The position numbers were made by a program, and so were the translations under genes. DNA of 64,000 nt from Octopus bimaculoides (taxonomy: Eukaryota). The notes under the pieces are model-generated. The model saw only the letters and a program-made list of their open reading frames with translations. It was not told the origin of the DNA and ran no database searches. This document shows positions 11,047-25,564 of the stretch, one piece after another (position 1 is the stretch's first letter; each line of letters begins with the position of its first letter). The stretch is from the NCBI RefSeq assembly GCF_001194135.2, contig NC_068984.1, positions 107,103,510-107,167,509 of the forward strand. The letters are read 5' to 3'.

Positions 11047-12255
11047 ATAATAACATGCCAAAAAAAAAAACAGATTTTTTTTCCTTTCCTCCACTGCAGT
11101 GTATAACCTGCAATGCTTAATTCCTCCCGCTGACGTCATTTACTTTGAATGTATGATGCGCAATCCTCATGAATGCTATAAAAATTGATACCTTCTCTTT
11201 CATTTCTTTTATAGTTTACCTTGTTCGACGAGTAAAGGAAGTTAAATTGGACACAAGTTAAAGACAAATCGACATAAACCAAGAGATGAAACACAAGTTT
11301 TAACTTTCATCACATACATAGACATTTTTAATTATAATCTCGATATATATCAAATGCAAGCTATTGTTTATTGTTTAATACATGCACAAAACATAGATTT
11401 ACATAGGTGTCTACATATAGAACATGGTCGCATCGCCAAATTCTTACACCCATTCACACACTACACATAAATTCATAGGTACATACGTACATACATATAT
11501 ACATACGTACGTACGTACGTACGTTCATACACACATATTGATATTTCGCTCAGGCATAACCTTCAGAACGAAGCGTCAGTTAAATACAGAATGGTAACAA
11601 GAAATTGGAATGACAAAGGAACACTTAAAGCTGTTTCTGCTATAAGATGCAATGCACTCATAGTTGAGTGCTTGAGTATTACCCTACAGCTTCATCGAAG
11701 CTTCAAACATGAAGTACAATTTATTAAAAAAACATTTACATTTATGTATATACAGAGAAAAAGCATTACCATTGACAAAACACACACGTAGGTAGGAAAT
11801 GAAATTTAGTGATCGAGGGTAGCCCCCTCCAAGAATTAGAATAAAATAAATTTTAAAAGGTGTATATGAGAAAATTCTATGATAGGACGTAAAATGACAG
11901 TAAAAAGAACTATCAGTATGGAAGATGCTTACAGCCATTGGAATGAGAAGCAAGTAGCGAAGGGTGACTGTGCACAGAATAGGAGAGGCAGCTGAAAGTG
12001 CCTCTTGTTTGTTATGGAGAAAGAGAGAGGAATTAAGCTAGAAGACAGGAGGAAATGAAGAGCAGTAATATGGCCGACCCAACAACGGAAGGGTGTATGG
12101 TTCAAGGTCGAAACACACGATGAACGTTGGATACAATTTGCTGACATCAGTTCCTCTTGGCTAAATCTCCATTCAGCTTAATGAGTGGAAAAAATCACCT
12201 TCTTGATATTATCAGCATATATACACACATACATATGTGTGCGGGTGTGTGTGTA

Positions 12256-12326
12256 TAGGTATGTATGTATGTATGTATGTATGTATGTATGTATGTATGT
12301 ATGTATGTATGTATGTATGTATGTAT
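12256..12326 (+). repeat. (GTAT)n microsatellite
   Basis: Pure run; source of YIHT/HTYI ORFs. Confidence 0.97.
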
Positions 12327-12655
12327 ATCCTAGGAAATAGAGATACCATAGAATGAGAGGCGCAGAATCCAAGAGAAGGAAAGACAGAGAAGCAAAGTAA
12401 AAAAGGGGAAAAAACCGTAAAGAGAAACAAAAACGCAAGTGTGTTGATAAGGGTCATTAAATACTTTCTAGATCAAGATTTTAGCCCGATAGACCAAATG
12501 GGAGAGGAGAGGACTGTGATAGAATGAGGTGACATCATACAGATAACAACTTGCGTGTATTGATAAAAGATCGCGAAAGAGAGCCGAAAGGGTTGACAAA
12601 TAATATACACACAAAGTAGACGACCATATAATTCGAATATATGTTCATATATGAA

Positions 12656-12838
12656 GGCGGCCAGCTGGCAGGTTAGCACGCCGGTCGAAATGCTTAGCAT
12701 TTTTTACGTCTGTCTTTATGTTCTTGCCATTCATCCTTTCGGGGTCGATAAATTAAGTACCAGTTGCGTACTGGGATCAATCTAATCGACTGCCCACTCC
12801 CCAAAGATTTCGGTCTTAGTGCCTAGAGTAGAAAAGAA
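12656..12838 (+). mobile_element. SINE family A (tail ...ctagagtagaaaagaat)
   Basis: ggcggccagctggcag...gttagcacgccgg...catcctttcggggtcgataaattaagtacc. Confidence 0.85.
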
Positions 12839-12987
12839 TATATGTACGTACATAGAATTACACACATAGACATATATGAAGTTATACACACTTATACATA
12901 CATATAGACACCCACTCGTATATACATATATAAATACAAATGAAGAAAAGATACACACACACACACACACATACACACACACACATA

Positions 12988-13058
12988 TGGTCGCAAGAGT
13001 AGCTGTGTGGTAAGAGGCTTACTTCGCAACCACATGGTTCCGGGTTTAGTCTCGCTGT
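12988..13058 (+). mobile_element. SINE family B, 5' head fragment
   Basis: gtagctgtgtggtaagaggcttacttcgcaaccacatggttccgggtttagtc. Confidence 0.75.
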
Positions 13059-13206
13059 ATATATATATAGTACCGATACCATATACTTAACGTACGTGAA
13101 TTTTTGTAGACGTTAGGTGCTGTGGATTACTGAGTGGGAGAAATACTTTTAATGACTTATAGTATTGTTACAAACAGAATATACATCAGAACTAAACGAA
13201 ATCGAT

Positions 13207-13707
13207 CTACCAGCGAACACGAGAGTAATACATATTATATCGCTGTATTTGTAGTATATCAATACCACACTCATGTGAGACTTCCGAAACGAGAATGGAA
13301 ATCTCTAGCCTGAAGTTTATACGTATAGCGTAAAAGCTATTTGCTGATTTGCAAAAGCGCTGCACAAGTGGAATAATTCTGCTTAATCTCAATTTACTCT
13401 ATTTGCGTAGTGCTATTGCAAACCACCAGCAAGTAGTTTTTATACAATCTGTATAAACTTCCTGCCAGGAATTTCTATTTCGTATTGGAAATGAATCGAG
13501 AGCGCGGTGTTGACAATCTGCATTTACTCCGAAATACTGCTCTCGTATTCGCTTGTAGAGAGACTTCGTTTTGTCTAGCTCTGATATATATTGCGCTTTT
13601 AACTCTATATATCGTTGAAAGGATTGTTCCTGGACAATACACTCCGGTGCCAGGTGTTTAAACAACACACCTATGTTAAGTAAGTGATATCTATATGTTA
13701 ACATCAT
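13207..13707 (-). other. Non-repetitive, nearly open reading frame (167 codons, one internal TAG); candidate exon 13670-13528
   Basis: ORFs 13399-13707 and 13207-13392 are in the same frame; acceptor cttaacatag|GT at 13670 and possible donor GGA|gtaaat at 13528; no recognised homology. Confidence 0.25.
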
Positions 13708-14224
13708 AGAGCTGCTTCTCTTTCATATCCTAAATATATGTGTGCGTATTTGTGCGCATGTGTATTTACTGATTGTGTAATACGCAAGCAAAGAGTGGAG
13801 TGAACTACAAGCACACGCACATGTATACACATACACACACATACACGCACGCACACATGTACATACACAAACACACACAGATAGATAAGTAGACAGGTCG
13901 AGAGATCTTTTTCTAATAAAACAATAATCAACTTCCATGCTCAGCTTATGATAGACAATAATCAGACGGCAACATCAGCCAATTTGCATCCGGATATTTC
14001 GGTATTGCGTTATGGGTGTAGACTGTGGTGAGCAGTTTGTTTCAAGTTATAAATATAAGGGAGCATTATTGGATAAAGAAAAAGACGTAAGAAACAGGAT
14101 GTGCCTATCGCTTGGTAATCATCGACATTAAATCAGTTATACTTACAATATATTACAACTAACGAATTATATTGTGTGTGCGTATATGTGTGTATGTGAG
14201 CCTGTGTATTTGTATGTGTGACTA

Positions 14225-14361
14225 GGTGCAGATGTGGCTGTGTGGTAAGAAGACTGCTTCCCAACCACATCGTCCGCGTTCAGTCCAATTGCGTTGCACC
14301 TTGGGCAAATGTCTTCTACTATAACTCGGACCGACCAAACCCTTGTAAGTGGATTCGGTAG

Positions 14362-14399
<38 letters not shown>

Positions 14400-14577
14400 C
14401 TTCGCTTGACTACCGATGCTGCTGTGTTTATGTTCCTTTAGCAGTTCGGCAAAATAAAACGATAGAATAAGTACTAGGCTTACAAAGAATAAGTCCCGGG
14501 GTCGATTTCTTCAACTAACATCATTTAAGGCGGTAACCCAGCCTGGCCACAGTCAAATGATCGAAACAAATAAAAGA
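14225..14577 (+). mobile_element. SINE family B, full length with internal (GT)n
   Basis: Head ggtgcagatgtggctgtgtggtaag, CORE-like ccttgggcaaatgtctt, internal GT run, tail gatcgaaacaaataaaaga. Confidence 0.9.
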
Positions 14578-15101
14578 ANNNNNNNNNNNNNNNNNNNNNN
14601 NNNNNNNNNNNNNNNNNNNNNNNNNNNNNNNNNNNNNNNNNNNNNNNNNNNNNNNNNNNNNNNNNNNNNNNNNNNNNNNNNNNNNNNNNNNNNNNNNNNN
14701 NNNNNNNNNNNNNNNNNNNNNNNNNNNNNNNNNNNNNNNNNNNNNNNNNNNNNNNNNNNNNNNNNNNNNNNNNNNNNNNNNNNNNNNNNNNNNNNNNNNN
14801 NNNNNNNNNNNNNNNNNNNNNNNNNNNNNNNNNNNNNNNNNNNNNNNNNNNNNNNNNNNNNNNNNNNNNNNNNNNNNNNNNNNNNNNNNNNNNNNNNNNN
14901 NNNNNNNNNNNNNNNNNNNNNNNNNNNNNNNNNNNNNNNNNNNNNNNNNNNNNNNNNNNNNNNNNNNNNNNNNNNNNNNNNNNNNNNNNNNNNNNNNNNN
15001 NNNNNNNNNNNNNNNNNNNNNNNNNNNNNNNNNNNNNNNNNNNNNNNNNNNNNNNNNNNNNNNNNNNNNNNNNNNNNNNNNNNNNNNNNNNNNNNNNNNN
15101 N

Positions 15102-15149
<48 letters not shown>

Positions 15150-16179
15150 AATGTATATATGTATACTTGCACTTATATTTTTGTATATGTATGTATAGAC
15201 GAATGTATATTTGTGACTGTATATACATATCTAGATATATATAGAGAGATATATATATATAAATGACTGTGTATCTGATTTTGTGTATATGTGACATTGA
15301 GTAATAGTACGGGTATGTAAGCGTGTGTACGCGTGTGTGTGAGGACATGTACTGGATATGCCACGTTCGTGATTGAACTATTATTACCAGCCGAACGTAT
15401 TTATCATCACTTCCGTCACTAATGTGCGCAGGAGATAGATAGGAAAACCATAACTGAGAACTGTGTTTCTACTGGAGACCATGAAATCTATTATTTAGAT
15501 GTGGATATGGCTTTTCACGATATTATCCGGTAGAGACCACAGACGTTTGATGTATTGTTCAATTGATTATGTTTCGTTGTAAGGGAGACAAAACCTGATA
15601 CTAATACAAACACACAGGTATATAAGCAATAAAGATGAGCGAAAATCATCTACAAACAAATGCAGACGTGGATCAAAATTACTATTTAAGCATATACACA
15701 CATAAACACACACACACACACACTCTCACACACACAAACTCCCACACTCACATACATGCACACGCACAAACGTAGATACATACATAGATGCATGCATACA
15801 TACACACATACATACAAGCACACACACTTGCACATATAGACATATATGCTACACTGCGCAACCGAAAATATCAATAGACATTAGACATCACTACTGATAG
15901 ACAAATGTAAACACCTTGCTGTTATATACATTTGAGTATTACGCCGTCAATGCAACAGTAATTTATCAACCAAACATTTATATATACATATGTGTGTGTG
16001 TGTGCGCGCGCGCGCGCGTGTATCTGTGCTCATATGTGTGTATGTGTGTGTATGTGCGTGCGTCTGTGTGTGTACGTGCGTATGTACGTGTGAAACTATG
16101 TGTCTTTTTACATGCGTGTATGTTTCTACGTATATGAATTAATTAGCAAATGTTACATACGCACACACATACACATACA

Positions 16180-16211
<32 letters not shown>

Positions 16212-16359
16212 NNNNNNNNNNNNNNNNNNNNNNNNNNNNNNNNNNNNNNNNNNNNNNNNNNNNNNNNNNNNNNNNNNNNNNNNNNNNNNNNNNNNNNNNN
16301 NNNNNNNNNNNNNNNNNNNNNNNNNNNNNNNNNNNNNNNNNNNNNNNNNNNNNNNNNNN

Positions 16360-16391
<32 letters not shown>

Positions 16392-16536
16392 CAAAAGTGT
16401 GTGTGTGTACACAAACATTATTCATTTAGAAGAATAGCATTGAGAGTAACTTGACATAAAGACAAGTATTAATATTTAGATATATAATTGTGTGTGTGTG
16501 TGTGTATGTGTGTGTGTGCGCGCGCGTGTGTGTAAC

Positions 16537-16848
16537 TGGCACTCCGTCGGTTACGACGACGCGGGTTCTAGTTGATCCAACCAGCAGAACAGATTGTTCG
16601 TGAAATTAGAGTGCAAATGCCTCAACACTCCACAGACACGTGTACCCATAACGTAGCACTCAAGGAGATTCAGTGTGACACAGAATGTTACAAGGTTGGC
16701 CCTTTGACAAACAGGCACTACTCATTTTGCCATGTAAGTAGACTGGATCAACGAGAAATTTTGTGTCTTGCTCTAGGACACAGCGTATTGCCAGGAATTG
16801 AATTCATGACCTTGTGATCCTGAGCCGAATACCCTAACCACTAAGCCA
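16537..16848 (-). mobile_element. SINE family C
   Basis: Minus head tggcttagtggttagggtattcgg; 3' end ...cgtaaccgacggagtgcc; homologous to 37305-37588 and 41863-42170. Confidence 0.85.
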
Positions 16849-16853
16849 ATATA

Positions 16854-17731
16854 CAGGGTGCGATGGGTGAACTGTCACCATTTCATTTTCTTAATTTTGC
16901 GGATGCGCGTTGCTTGTTTTTAAATTTATCGACTACACAGTATAGCAGGGTCAGTTGCGCACCGTCTGTGGCTAAAACAGCACCATGACGTACTTCACTC
17001 TGCCAGGAATTTGAAAATAAAATACTGTACTGCTTGGCAGTCGCACTGTAATCTGCAATACGAACATATCAGAGTGTTTGGGTGTCAATCTGAGGACAGT
17101 GCAATCTAAGGACATCTACCGAGAGTAATAAAAATCAAACATTCACTCAACGTCATGATGTTTGGAGTGATCACTAGTGATAGCAACGTTATTCCTCCAT
17201 TCATCTCCTCACACGGCCTCAGTCTCGACACGGAGGCCAACATTAAGTGCCTGGATGAGGTAGTGCTGCCATGGCTCAAGAGTGTGGATGCTGGAAGACC
17301 CTATGTCTGGCAACAGGACTGTGCACCATACCACACAAGCAGGAGAACCCAGTCACGACCGCCATACAATTTCTGCGACTACACCATCCCTAACATCTGA
17401 CCACCTAACTCCCCAGATTGCAACCCCATTGATTATTACGTGTGGAGCGCAGTTGAGTGAGGGCCCAACAAAACTTGTTGTAACACCAAGGGTGAACTAA
17501 AGGCAAGGATTATGGCAGCATTCACCAACTTAAACAAGGAGACTGTCCATAAGAGTTGCAGGAGTTTCCGAAGTCATCTTGAGGCTGTGGTTGAAGCGAA
17601 TGGCGATTTTATGGAATAAATTTACTCTTTAGTATTTCAAGATATTTTTATGTAATTTTGGTAAATATGTTTGCTGAAATGAGGTGTCAGTGTTATTTTC
17701 ATTTTAGTATAATTTAGAAGACAGTTTATTC
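16854..17731 (+). mobile_element. Internally deleted maT-type (DD37D) Tc1/mariner transposon
   Basis: TA+CAGGGTG terminus; transposase relic MMFGVITSD...YVWQQD-CAPYHTS...PNSPDCNPID-YYVW with 37 residues between the last two Asp; ends NGDFME*; right TIR abuts the gap. Confidence 0.9.
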
Positions 17732-18572
17732 NNNNNNNNNNNNNNNNNNNNNNNNNNNNNNNNNNNNNNNNNNNNNNNNNNNNNNNNNNNNNNNNNNNNN
17801 NNNNNNNNNNNNNNNNNNNNNNNNNNNNNNNNNNNNNNNNNNNNNNNNNNNNNNNNNNNNNNNNNNNNNNNNNNNNNNNNNNNNNNNNNNNNNNNNNNNN
17901 NNNNNNNNNNNNNNNNNNNNNNNNNNNNNNNNNNNNNNNNNNNNNNNNNNNNNNNNNNNNNNNNNNNNNNNNNNNNNNNNNNNNNNNNNNNNNNNNNNNN
18001 NNNNNNNNNNNNNNNNNNNNNNNNNNNNNNNNNNNNNNNNNNNNNNNNNNNNNNNNNNNNNNNNNNNNNNNNNNNNNNNNNNNNNNNNNNNNNNNNNNNN
18101 NNNNNNNNNNNNNNNNNNNNNNNNNNNNNNNNNNNNNNNNNNNNNNNNNNNNNNNNNNNNNNNNNNNNNNNNNNNNNNNNNNNNNNNNNNNNNNNNNNNN
18201 NNNNNNNNNNNNNNNNNNNNNNNNNNNNNNNNNNNNNNNNNNNNNNNNNNNNNNNNNNNNNNNNNNNNNNNNNNNNNNNNNNNNNNNNNNNNNNNNNNNN
18301 NNNNNNNNNNNNNNNNNNNTATATATGGCTAAGTCAAAATGTATATGGCTAAGTCAAAATGTTTTGTTGTATTCTTCTTTTCTACTTGGAGAGTTTAAAT
18401 GTAGTTACAAAAATATGTCCTTCTGTTGAAATGAAATTTCAGTAAATTTCTATGTCTTTGTGCAGCTGCTCTGCATTTTGCATTTGATGTAATGTTCACA
18501 TTGCTTAAATAAATGGAGTCGCATGAAACGATTGTACTGCATTAACTTTGGATATCCTTGTTGCTTATTTTG

Positions 18573-18620
<48 letters not shown>

Positions 18621-19574
18621 GATGAAACAAATTTTCTTCTATTATGTTTCCTTAATTATGCGAATCTGTTCATATTTTAACTTGTTTTTTAGATTTTTCA
18701 TATTTTCTTTGTAGCTTTAGCTTTTCACAGATACCCACATCCGACGTTATTGTTCCACACCAACTGTAAGAGACTCATAAATAATATGTAAAATCTAAAT
18801 AATGAACTATAGATCTTGCACATAGTGTTGTATTTAATGTTACACGTACACATATGCATACATATATACACGCACACGCGCAACACACATTGTTTGTGGA
18901 CATGTATGTATGTGGTTTGTATATTTTTCTGGTGTTATTTTCATAGTTTGTTCATGCCATTTGTTACCAATGCAAAAAATGCTGCTTATCTTGAGCATAA
19001 ATATCTCTGAGTTGACGTGGGCTGTGAGAGAGAAAAAATTTCAAAGCCGTAATATAGTGAGAGAAAAAGAAAAACGATGAAATGTGTAGAAGTAGTTTGT
19101 AATTGAGGATCAAAGTAGTTTGTTCTGAGGATTAAAGACCGTTGTAGCCACGCAAAAAAAAAGAGAGAGAATTGCTTTGATAGTACATATTTGAGCACAG
19201 ACGTTTTACTGTGTTTATAAATTAGATTTTTGCCAGTCAGTCGGCTTGTGTCGGCATGTGGTCTACGATATCCGTGTAACTTGACAGCAGTAACCACATT
19301 CCAAATGTATGGACAGTGACTCGTTGTGTGCTCGAACTACGTAAAGAGTTAGTAATTTATAAAATCATTAGAGCTAAGTAACAATTTTTAATGATTGATT
19401 TTGGCCAAACGATATTAAAAGGCTCATCTTTTCATTTGTATTTTTGCTATCGTGTTTATTGTGTAGGTTATGTTACTTTTATATTCTCGATCTCGAAACA
19501 GCAAAAACCTTTCATTGATTTTAAGGATCAACAGATTCAGTTTGTGTAGTATTATATGAATTGGATGTAAGGTT

Positions 19575-20130
19575 GAACAGGCAGAACCGTTAGCGCATCG
19601 AACAAATTTCTAAGTAGCATTTACGCTCTTAGTTCAAATTCTTTCGGTTTCAATTTTTGGCACAAGGCTGCAGTGTTGGGGGATGGACTAAGTCGATTAC
19701 ATCGAGCACAGTACTCAACTGGTACTTGTTTTATTGACCTCCGAAAGGGATGAAAGGCAAAGTCGACCTCAATGGTATTTGAACTCAAAGCTTGCAATTT
19801 TGCCTGTTCGCTGCCTTAAATTCTTAATGCAACTGAAATTTATCAAACATTTATTTATACGTATATTTGCTTTACGTTCTAAGATCAAATTCCACTGTTG
19901 GTTGATTTTGTCTTAAATCTTTTCGACGAAATAAGTACCAGCTGAACACTGGCGTCGATGGAATCAATGAACCACCTCGCACAAAAGTTTCAGGTCTTTA
20001 CCTATAGTGGAAGGAATTATATCAACTGGGTGTAAAGGTGGCAAACTTGGAAAATCGTTACACGTCGTACAAAATGTTTAGTAGCATTCTAGTGCAATCG
20101 TTTGAGCGCTGGAAAAGGTGCCTTGTATTT
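19575..20130. mobile_element. Cluster of SINE family A fragments in both orientations
   Basis: Plus fragment about 19575-19650, minus about 19650-19800, plus about 19868-20010, head relic about 20036. Confidence 0.7.
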
Positions 20131-20769
20131 GTGTATTTGTACCCTACATTCCAATTCAAATATGATAAGGTCAATTGGGCGGTTTTTTTGGCGGGTGGGG
20201 GGTCACTAAAATGAAATAGTAATTAAGTACTGGAGGCGATAGTATCGCCTCCTTAATGAACTTCAGATTGGATGGTCTTGTGCCTAAATTAGAAACTATT
20301 ATATGATGCAAGTGTTCCACTATCTAGAAGCTAATCTCTCAGTGATCATTTTTCTCAAAGCAACATCGAGCCGATTCTAAAGTTTCGTGAAATGCTGCTA
20401 TCTACATATACAAGACCTTGCTTTTAGTCCTCATCTCATTAAAGTTGAATGGGCCACGTCGTGACATTCTTTTACACTTAGCGAACGCATCTTTCTCCCG
20501 ATCTAACCACAGCCGATTTCTTCGAAAAAAGAAAAAGACAAAGAGAAAGTTAGAAACAGGAGATTCAGCCTCAGTTCACGACTGGGATCATTGTAAATGT
20601 CTGCCAACCACTTGAGGCTTTTCAAAATTTCTCCAGATCTAGTTTTAGCCGATTGATAGCCTCCCTTGTCGACATATCACGTGCTTCTTTAAGCAACACC
20701 ACAACGTCTAAATCAAATTTAAATGCTTCTAACTTTATTTTTTATAAGTTGCTAGAACAATATGAATGC

Positions 20770-20929
20770 GAATTTTTTCGTCTGACTTTACGTTCTGAGT
20801 TCAAATTCTCCCGAGGTCAACTTTGCCTTTTGGGGTCGATAAATTATGTACTAGTTGCGTACTAGGGTCGATCTAATCGACTGGCCCCCTCCCCCAAAAT
20901 TTCGGGCCTTGTTCCTAGAGTAGAAAAGA
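20770..20929 (+). mobile_element. 5'-truncated SINE family A with target-site duplication
   Basis: aatatgaatgc flanks both sides (about 20759 and 20929); tail ctagagtagaaaaga. Confidence 0.85.
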
Positions 20930-21059
20930 ATATGAATGCAATTTTCCTCATCAACATGTAGCACTACGTCGGAATTACAATTATTTTTTTTTTGAAAATG
21001 ATCAAGCAAAAATTTGAAGTACTTGAGCTGATTGCAAGAAATTTAACAAGATACTACAG

Positions 21060-21200
21060 CTGGTACTTTATCCGTCGAAAGGAGGAAAGGCAAATCTGGC
21101 TTCAGCGGAATTTGAACGAAAAGTGAAAAGTTTAGAAATCTAGAAGGATTAAGGAAACAATCAATTCGCGGCTCTAACGATTATACAAATCGGTCGCCTT
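21060..21200 (-). mobile_element. SINE family A, old copy
   Basis: tggtactttatccgtcgaaaggaggaaaggcaaatctggcttcagcggaatttgaac is the reverse complement of the family A body. Confidence 0.7.
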
Positions 21201-21565
21201 CATTTTGGAGATATCCACCGACACGACAAAACAAGGCAGCTTGTTTGAACCTGCATTCTGTCAGTCAGCTAGACGATAATTCCCTATCTGTTCTTTCTTC
21301 ACTTCTATGTAATAAAATTTTAAAATTTATTTAGATCATTTTGCATGTTCCTAATGGTTGTTTTGTTTCACCATGAGTTTATTAAATGATTGCTCGCAGA
21401 CTACTTAAACATGATGTATCTAATACGGAAGTATTTTATCTGACATCTCTTTCAACTCCGCCGCTGCAGAAAAAATTAGGATGAAGAGAAGTAGGAGATG
21501 AAGAAGCTGGAGATGTAGAAGATACTTAGGAAGAGAGAGTTAAAAACCGCTAATATTATTGTCAC

Positions 21566-21622
21566 CACTACTACTTGTAGCAGTAGTAGTAGTAGTAGTA
21601 GTAGTAGTAGCAGCAGCAGTAG
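21566..21622 (+). repeat. (AGT)n/(AGC)n trinucleotide repeat
   Basis: agtagtagtagt...agcagcagc. Confidence 0.9.
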
Positions 21623-22063
21623 CTTCATGAATGTAGTGCATTGCGCTCTTTGAAGCTTGATTATTTTAAGGAGTCATTCAGCATATAGCTTGATTATATT
21701 TAATTTAAGTACCCAAAATTAAATTTAATAATATTGAATTATGTTTCTTTTTGAATTATTATTCAAAAGCTACTTCGTCTTTAGATCTCAAATTTGCCGG
21801 CGAATTATTATAGCTGAAATATTTTCTAGAAATAGAATGTAACATAAGCTACTGATACAAAATTATTTTAATCTATTATAAGACAAATAATATTTAATTT
21901 CGCTTTCACCTTTTAAGATTATGAGTTGTATTGGATTAAAAATCTGTTTCAAATCACGCACTTCTAGGTTCGATTTCGTTGTAGAAAACGCAAAATTGTG
22001 ATATGATAGCTTCTAGCAAAAAAATAAAAAAACAAGTTGATATTAAACGTTATACTAACTGGC

Positions 22064-22280
22064 GGAGGTGCAATGGCCCAGTGGTTAGGGCAGCGGACTC
22101 GCGGTCATAGAATCGCGATTTCGATTCCCAGACCGGGTGTTATGAGTGTTTATTGAGCGAAAACACCAAAAGCTCCACGAGGCTCCGGCAGGGGATGGTG
22201 GCGAACCCCGCTGTACTCTTTCTCTTACTTCCTGTTTCTGTTGTGCCTGTAATTCAAAGGGGGCAGCCTTGTCACGCTGA
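22064..22280 (+). mobile_element. SINE family C, internally deleted
   Basis: tRNA-like head ggaggtgcaatggcccagtggttagggcagcggactcg, box B ttcgattccc; body matches 37305-37440. Confidence 0.85.
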
Positions 22281-24428
22281 ATATCAACTTCTTTAGTAGA
22301 AATCTAATCTAATGCAATCATTGACCATATCAGTGCAAACATTCGGAAACAGAGATGTGGTATGAAAATAAACCATTAGTCACGGTTTCTTCCTTTCCTT
22401 TTTCTCATTGGTCTCGGAACTCTGTAAAACTTCAAGAGCAATGCGTTACTTTCCATCTATATTCACAGGTGAATTTGAATTTCAAGCGAGGGAAACATAC
22501 GTCGGATACATTGTTAACAGTATCATCTGTGTTAACAGTATCATATACGTATGTGTCTCTGCGCGTGAGGGTTGGTTAGTTGTGTGTGTATCTTAACGTT
22601 TGTTTTTAGTTTTATGTTAAGCATTATGTAATAACAATTCAACATTAAACTGAAGGATTAGTCAATACTTTTTAGTAGAGTACATGCCTACAAACCTTGT
22701 ATCAGAAAAAAGTTAACAGTGACTTCGAACTTTCGGCGACTTCACCTTATATGTAGGTGGGTGTAGTGTGTCATTAAGAGTTTTCTGGTAACAGACAGAA
22801 AGAAGGAGTCAAATTTATGTCGGTGAACGTTGTATATTTTGTTATGTGTAGTGTTCCTGTCTTCCGGGTATGGTTTATAATAACTACTTTTTACTTTCTA
22901 CTTGTTCCAGTCAATGGACTAATGCCATACTGGGGCATCTCCTTGACTGGTCTTTATTTGGAGTGTTTTCTTGCTGTTAAAGTATCAATATGTTATTTGA
23001 AGTAATTTTGAAATAAATTATAACGAAATGGGGCAGTTGCTTTTATCACTAATTGCTAAGTACAGTATTTTACAACGCATTTTCAGATTGAATGGCCATA
23101 CAGGCGTTTGTCTATTTGCTGAATTTTTTTGTTTATTTTCTTATATTTCTTTGTTTAGCTGTGTACTTCTGATTTATATTTCTGATTTCTGATCTTAGCG
23201 TGTTCCTTTTGAAGATGACAAGCCTTGAATTGAGAGCTATATGGCTGTTAAATCCAGCAGTTATAGCGACAAGTGAAAATTTCATTGTAGGTTTGTTTGA
23301 ATTCTAATGTTATACTTACTTTCAGATTTTATTATTTTCACTTTTTACATTCCTGCACAAGAAAATTCCCTCGAAAAGTTTTCGTCCTTTCCATTAACGG
23401 AATATAGTTTTTCTTTTGTTTAAGAAGAATCAAAGAATCAATTTGTATATCTGTTTTCTCTCAATCAGAATTATAATTCCAGTGTGGAGTTGTAGAATGC
23501 CTTTGGTAATCGAAACGAAAAATATAAGAACCACGTTTGTTTTGTTTCATTTTTATATAACGTTTTATTTCTGTTACGTAATCTGTAAACATTATCTATA
23601 AGTTCTGTGAACTTCTTAGAGTGATGGCATACTTACTTAACAATGAAAGAAATCTTCCATTGTTAAGTATACTCAAGTGATTGCAATACTAGATAGCTTT
23701 GAGTGCCTCGATAACTTAGTAGTATAACATTGCAACCAAGATACTTTTCTGCCTGCATTTAACAGAAAACTTTGAAAATATAAAATCAAAAGAGAAACAA
23801 CGTAGCTACATCAAGGAAACAAGCTACAATGCAATACTTAGTTTACATGAAAAATCCATCCATATGTGTAATAAGATTGAAGATAAGTATTTTTCCGACA
23901 AGAATAAAATGTGAGATTACATACGCCCGCAACCGTCATGCAGTATTAGTAATCGCGCCGTTCAACTTAACTTGATTACAATAATTCTCAGTAACAGATC
24001 GAAGACCGATGTTTTCTATATTCATTGATTATCTTTTATTATTTATTATCTTATTAGTATTGCTGAATAACAGTAATAATAATATTAATGTAGTAACAAT
24101 GGTAATTTAATATTTAATAAAATTATCACAATACTGCAATGTTTTTAGAGTATTACTGGACATTTTCGCTCCGTCGTTTATCATCAAACTTGAAATAATT
24201 GAATTAAAAGCGATAATGATTTTGCTTTAAACTATATACAAAAAAAGTAATTGTTTATAATTGTTTCTAAAAATGTTTTATTTTTCCCTATATTTATGTT
24301 GTGTGTTTATATACCTATATAATTACTTCACAATAAGATGTATTGAATTAATGGTTTGCGAATATAAGTACACATACCTGAAAACTTCTCTTAAAATATA
24401 TGTGTGCATGTGTATATCTATGTGCGTG

Positions 24429-24475
<47 letters not shown>

Positions 24476-25084
24476 AGATAGGTTATAGCTATAAATTACT
24501 TTCATAGCTGCTAATTGAATTTATTCGCTTACATTATGTCTGTTGGTGTTCTTCAATTCATTAACATGGTTTACGTAGCAGACAACATAGAAAAATGAAA
24601 GCAACGCAAGTATGGTATAAAAAAATCTATATACATAATTAAATATGCATGTGTATCTCTATATAGTCATAGCCTAAAATAAACGTTGGTTAGTTTGTTG
24701 GGTGGTTGAAATATAATCACGTTTTATATCGCAGACAGAGAAGAGAGAAAGAGAGAAACGTTAAAAGAGTGATACAGATAGAGTTCAAATAAGAGGTGTA
24801 GAACGGGTGTTCTGCACTCCCTGAAGAGCACACACTTTAAACGAAAGCTTGCAGTGACTGGTTTCCGATGGAGTAGACTGCAGTTATACTGAACACATTT
24901 AGAAAAATTATAACATGTATTTATCGCAAATATGCAAATGATAAGGGTGCTTAATTTTATTTTATTTTAAGATAATGAATATCTTTCTTTTGAAAATTAG
25001 TTTTCAGTCTGTCAAGAAATTTGATTAAAGTTAAATTCTAATTATTGTGTTATGACATATTCATTTGTATTACCCATTGTGGCA

Positions 25085-25254
25085 AAAGTATATATATATA
25101 TATTTACAGACATACACACACACACACACACACACACAGACACAAACACACACACACACACACACATGCACAATGAGAGTGAGTCAAAATTAATGCAAAT
25201 AAAAATTGCATTACTTTCTGATTCAGCCTCGTGTATACATGTATGTATACATAT

Positions 25255-25318
<64 letters not shown>

Positions 25319-25387
25319 ACACATATATATATATACATATATATATGTATATATATTTGTGTGTATATATATGCATATATATGTACA

Positions 25388-25454
<67 letters not shown>

Positions 25455-25533
25455 ACACATATATATATATACATATATATATGTATATATATTTGTGTGT
25501 ATATATATGCATATATATGTACATATATGTGTG

Positions 25534-25564
<31 letters not shown>

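Noticed and set aside
18320-18362. 20-bp tandem duplication; similar duplicated flank at 54650-54725
   Set aside because: Both abut N gaps and are most likely contig-end overlaps.
20400-20760. Minus-strand read DLDVVVLLKEARDMSTREAINRLKLDL as an exon
   Set aside because: Short, needs a frameshift, and has no convincing splice sites or homology.
22064-22135. tRNA-like sequence, also at 2075-2149, 14225, 48098 and 62695
   Set aside because: These are box A/B heads continuing into SINE bodies, with no complete cloverleaf or acceptor stem.
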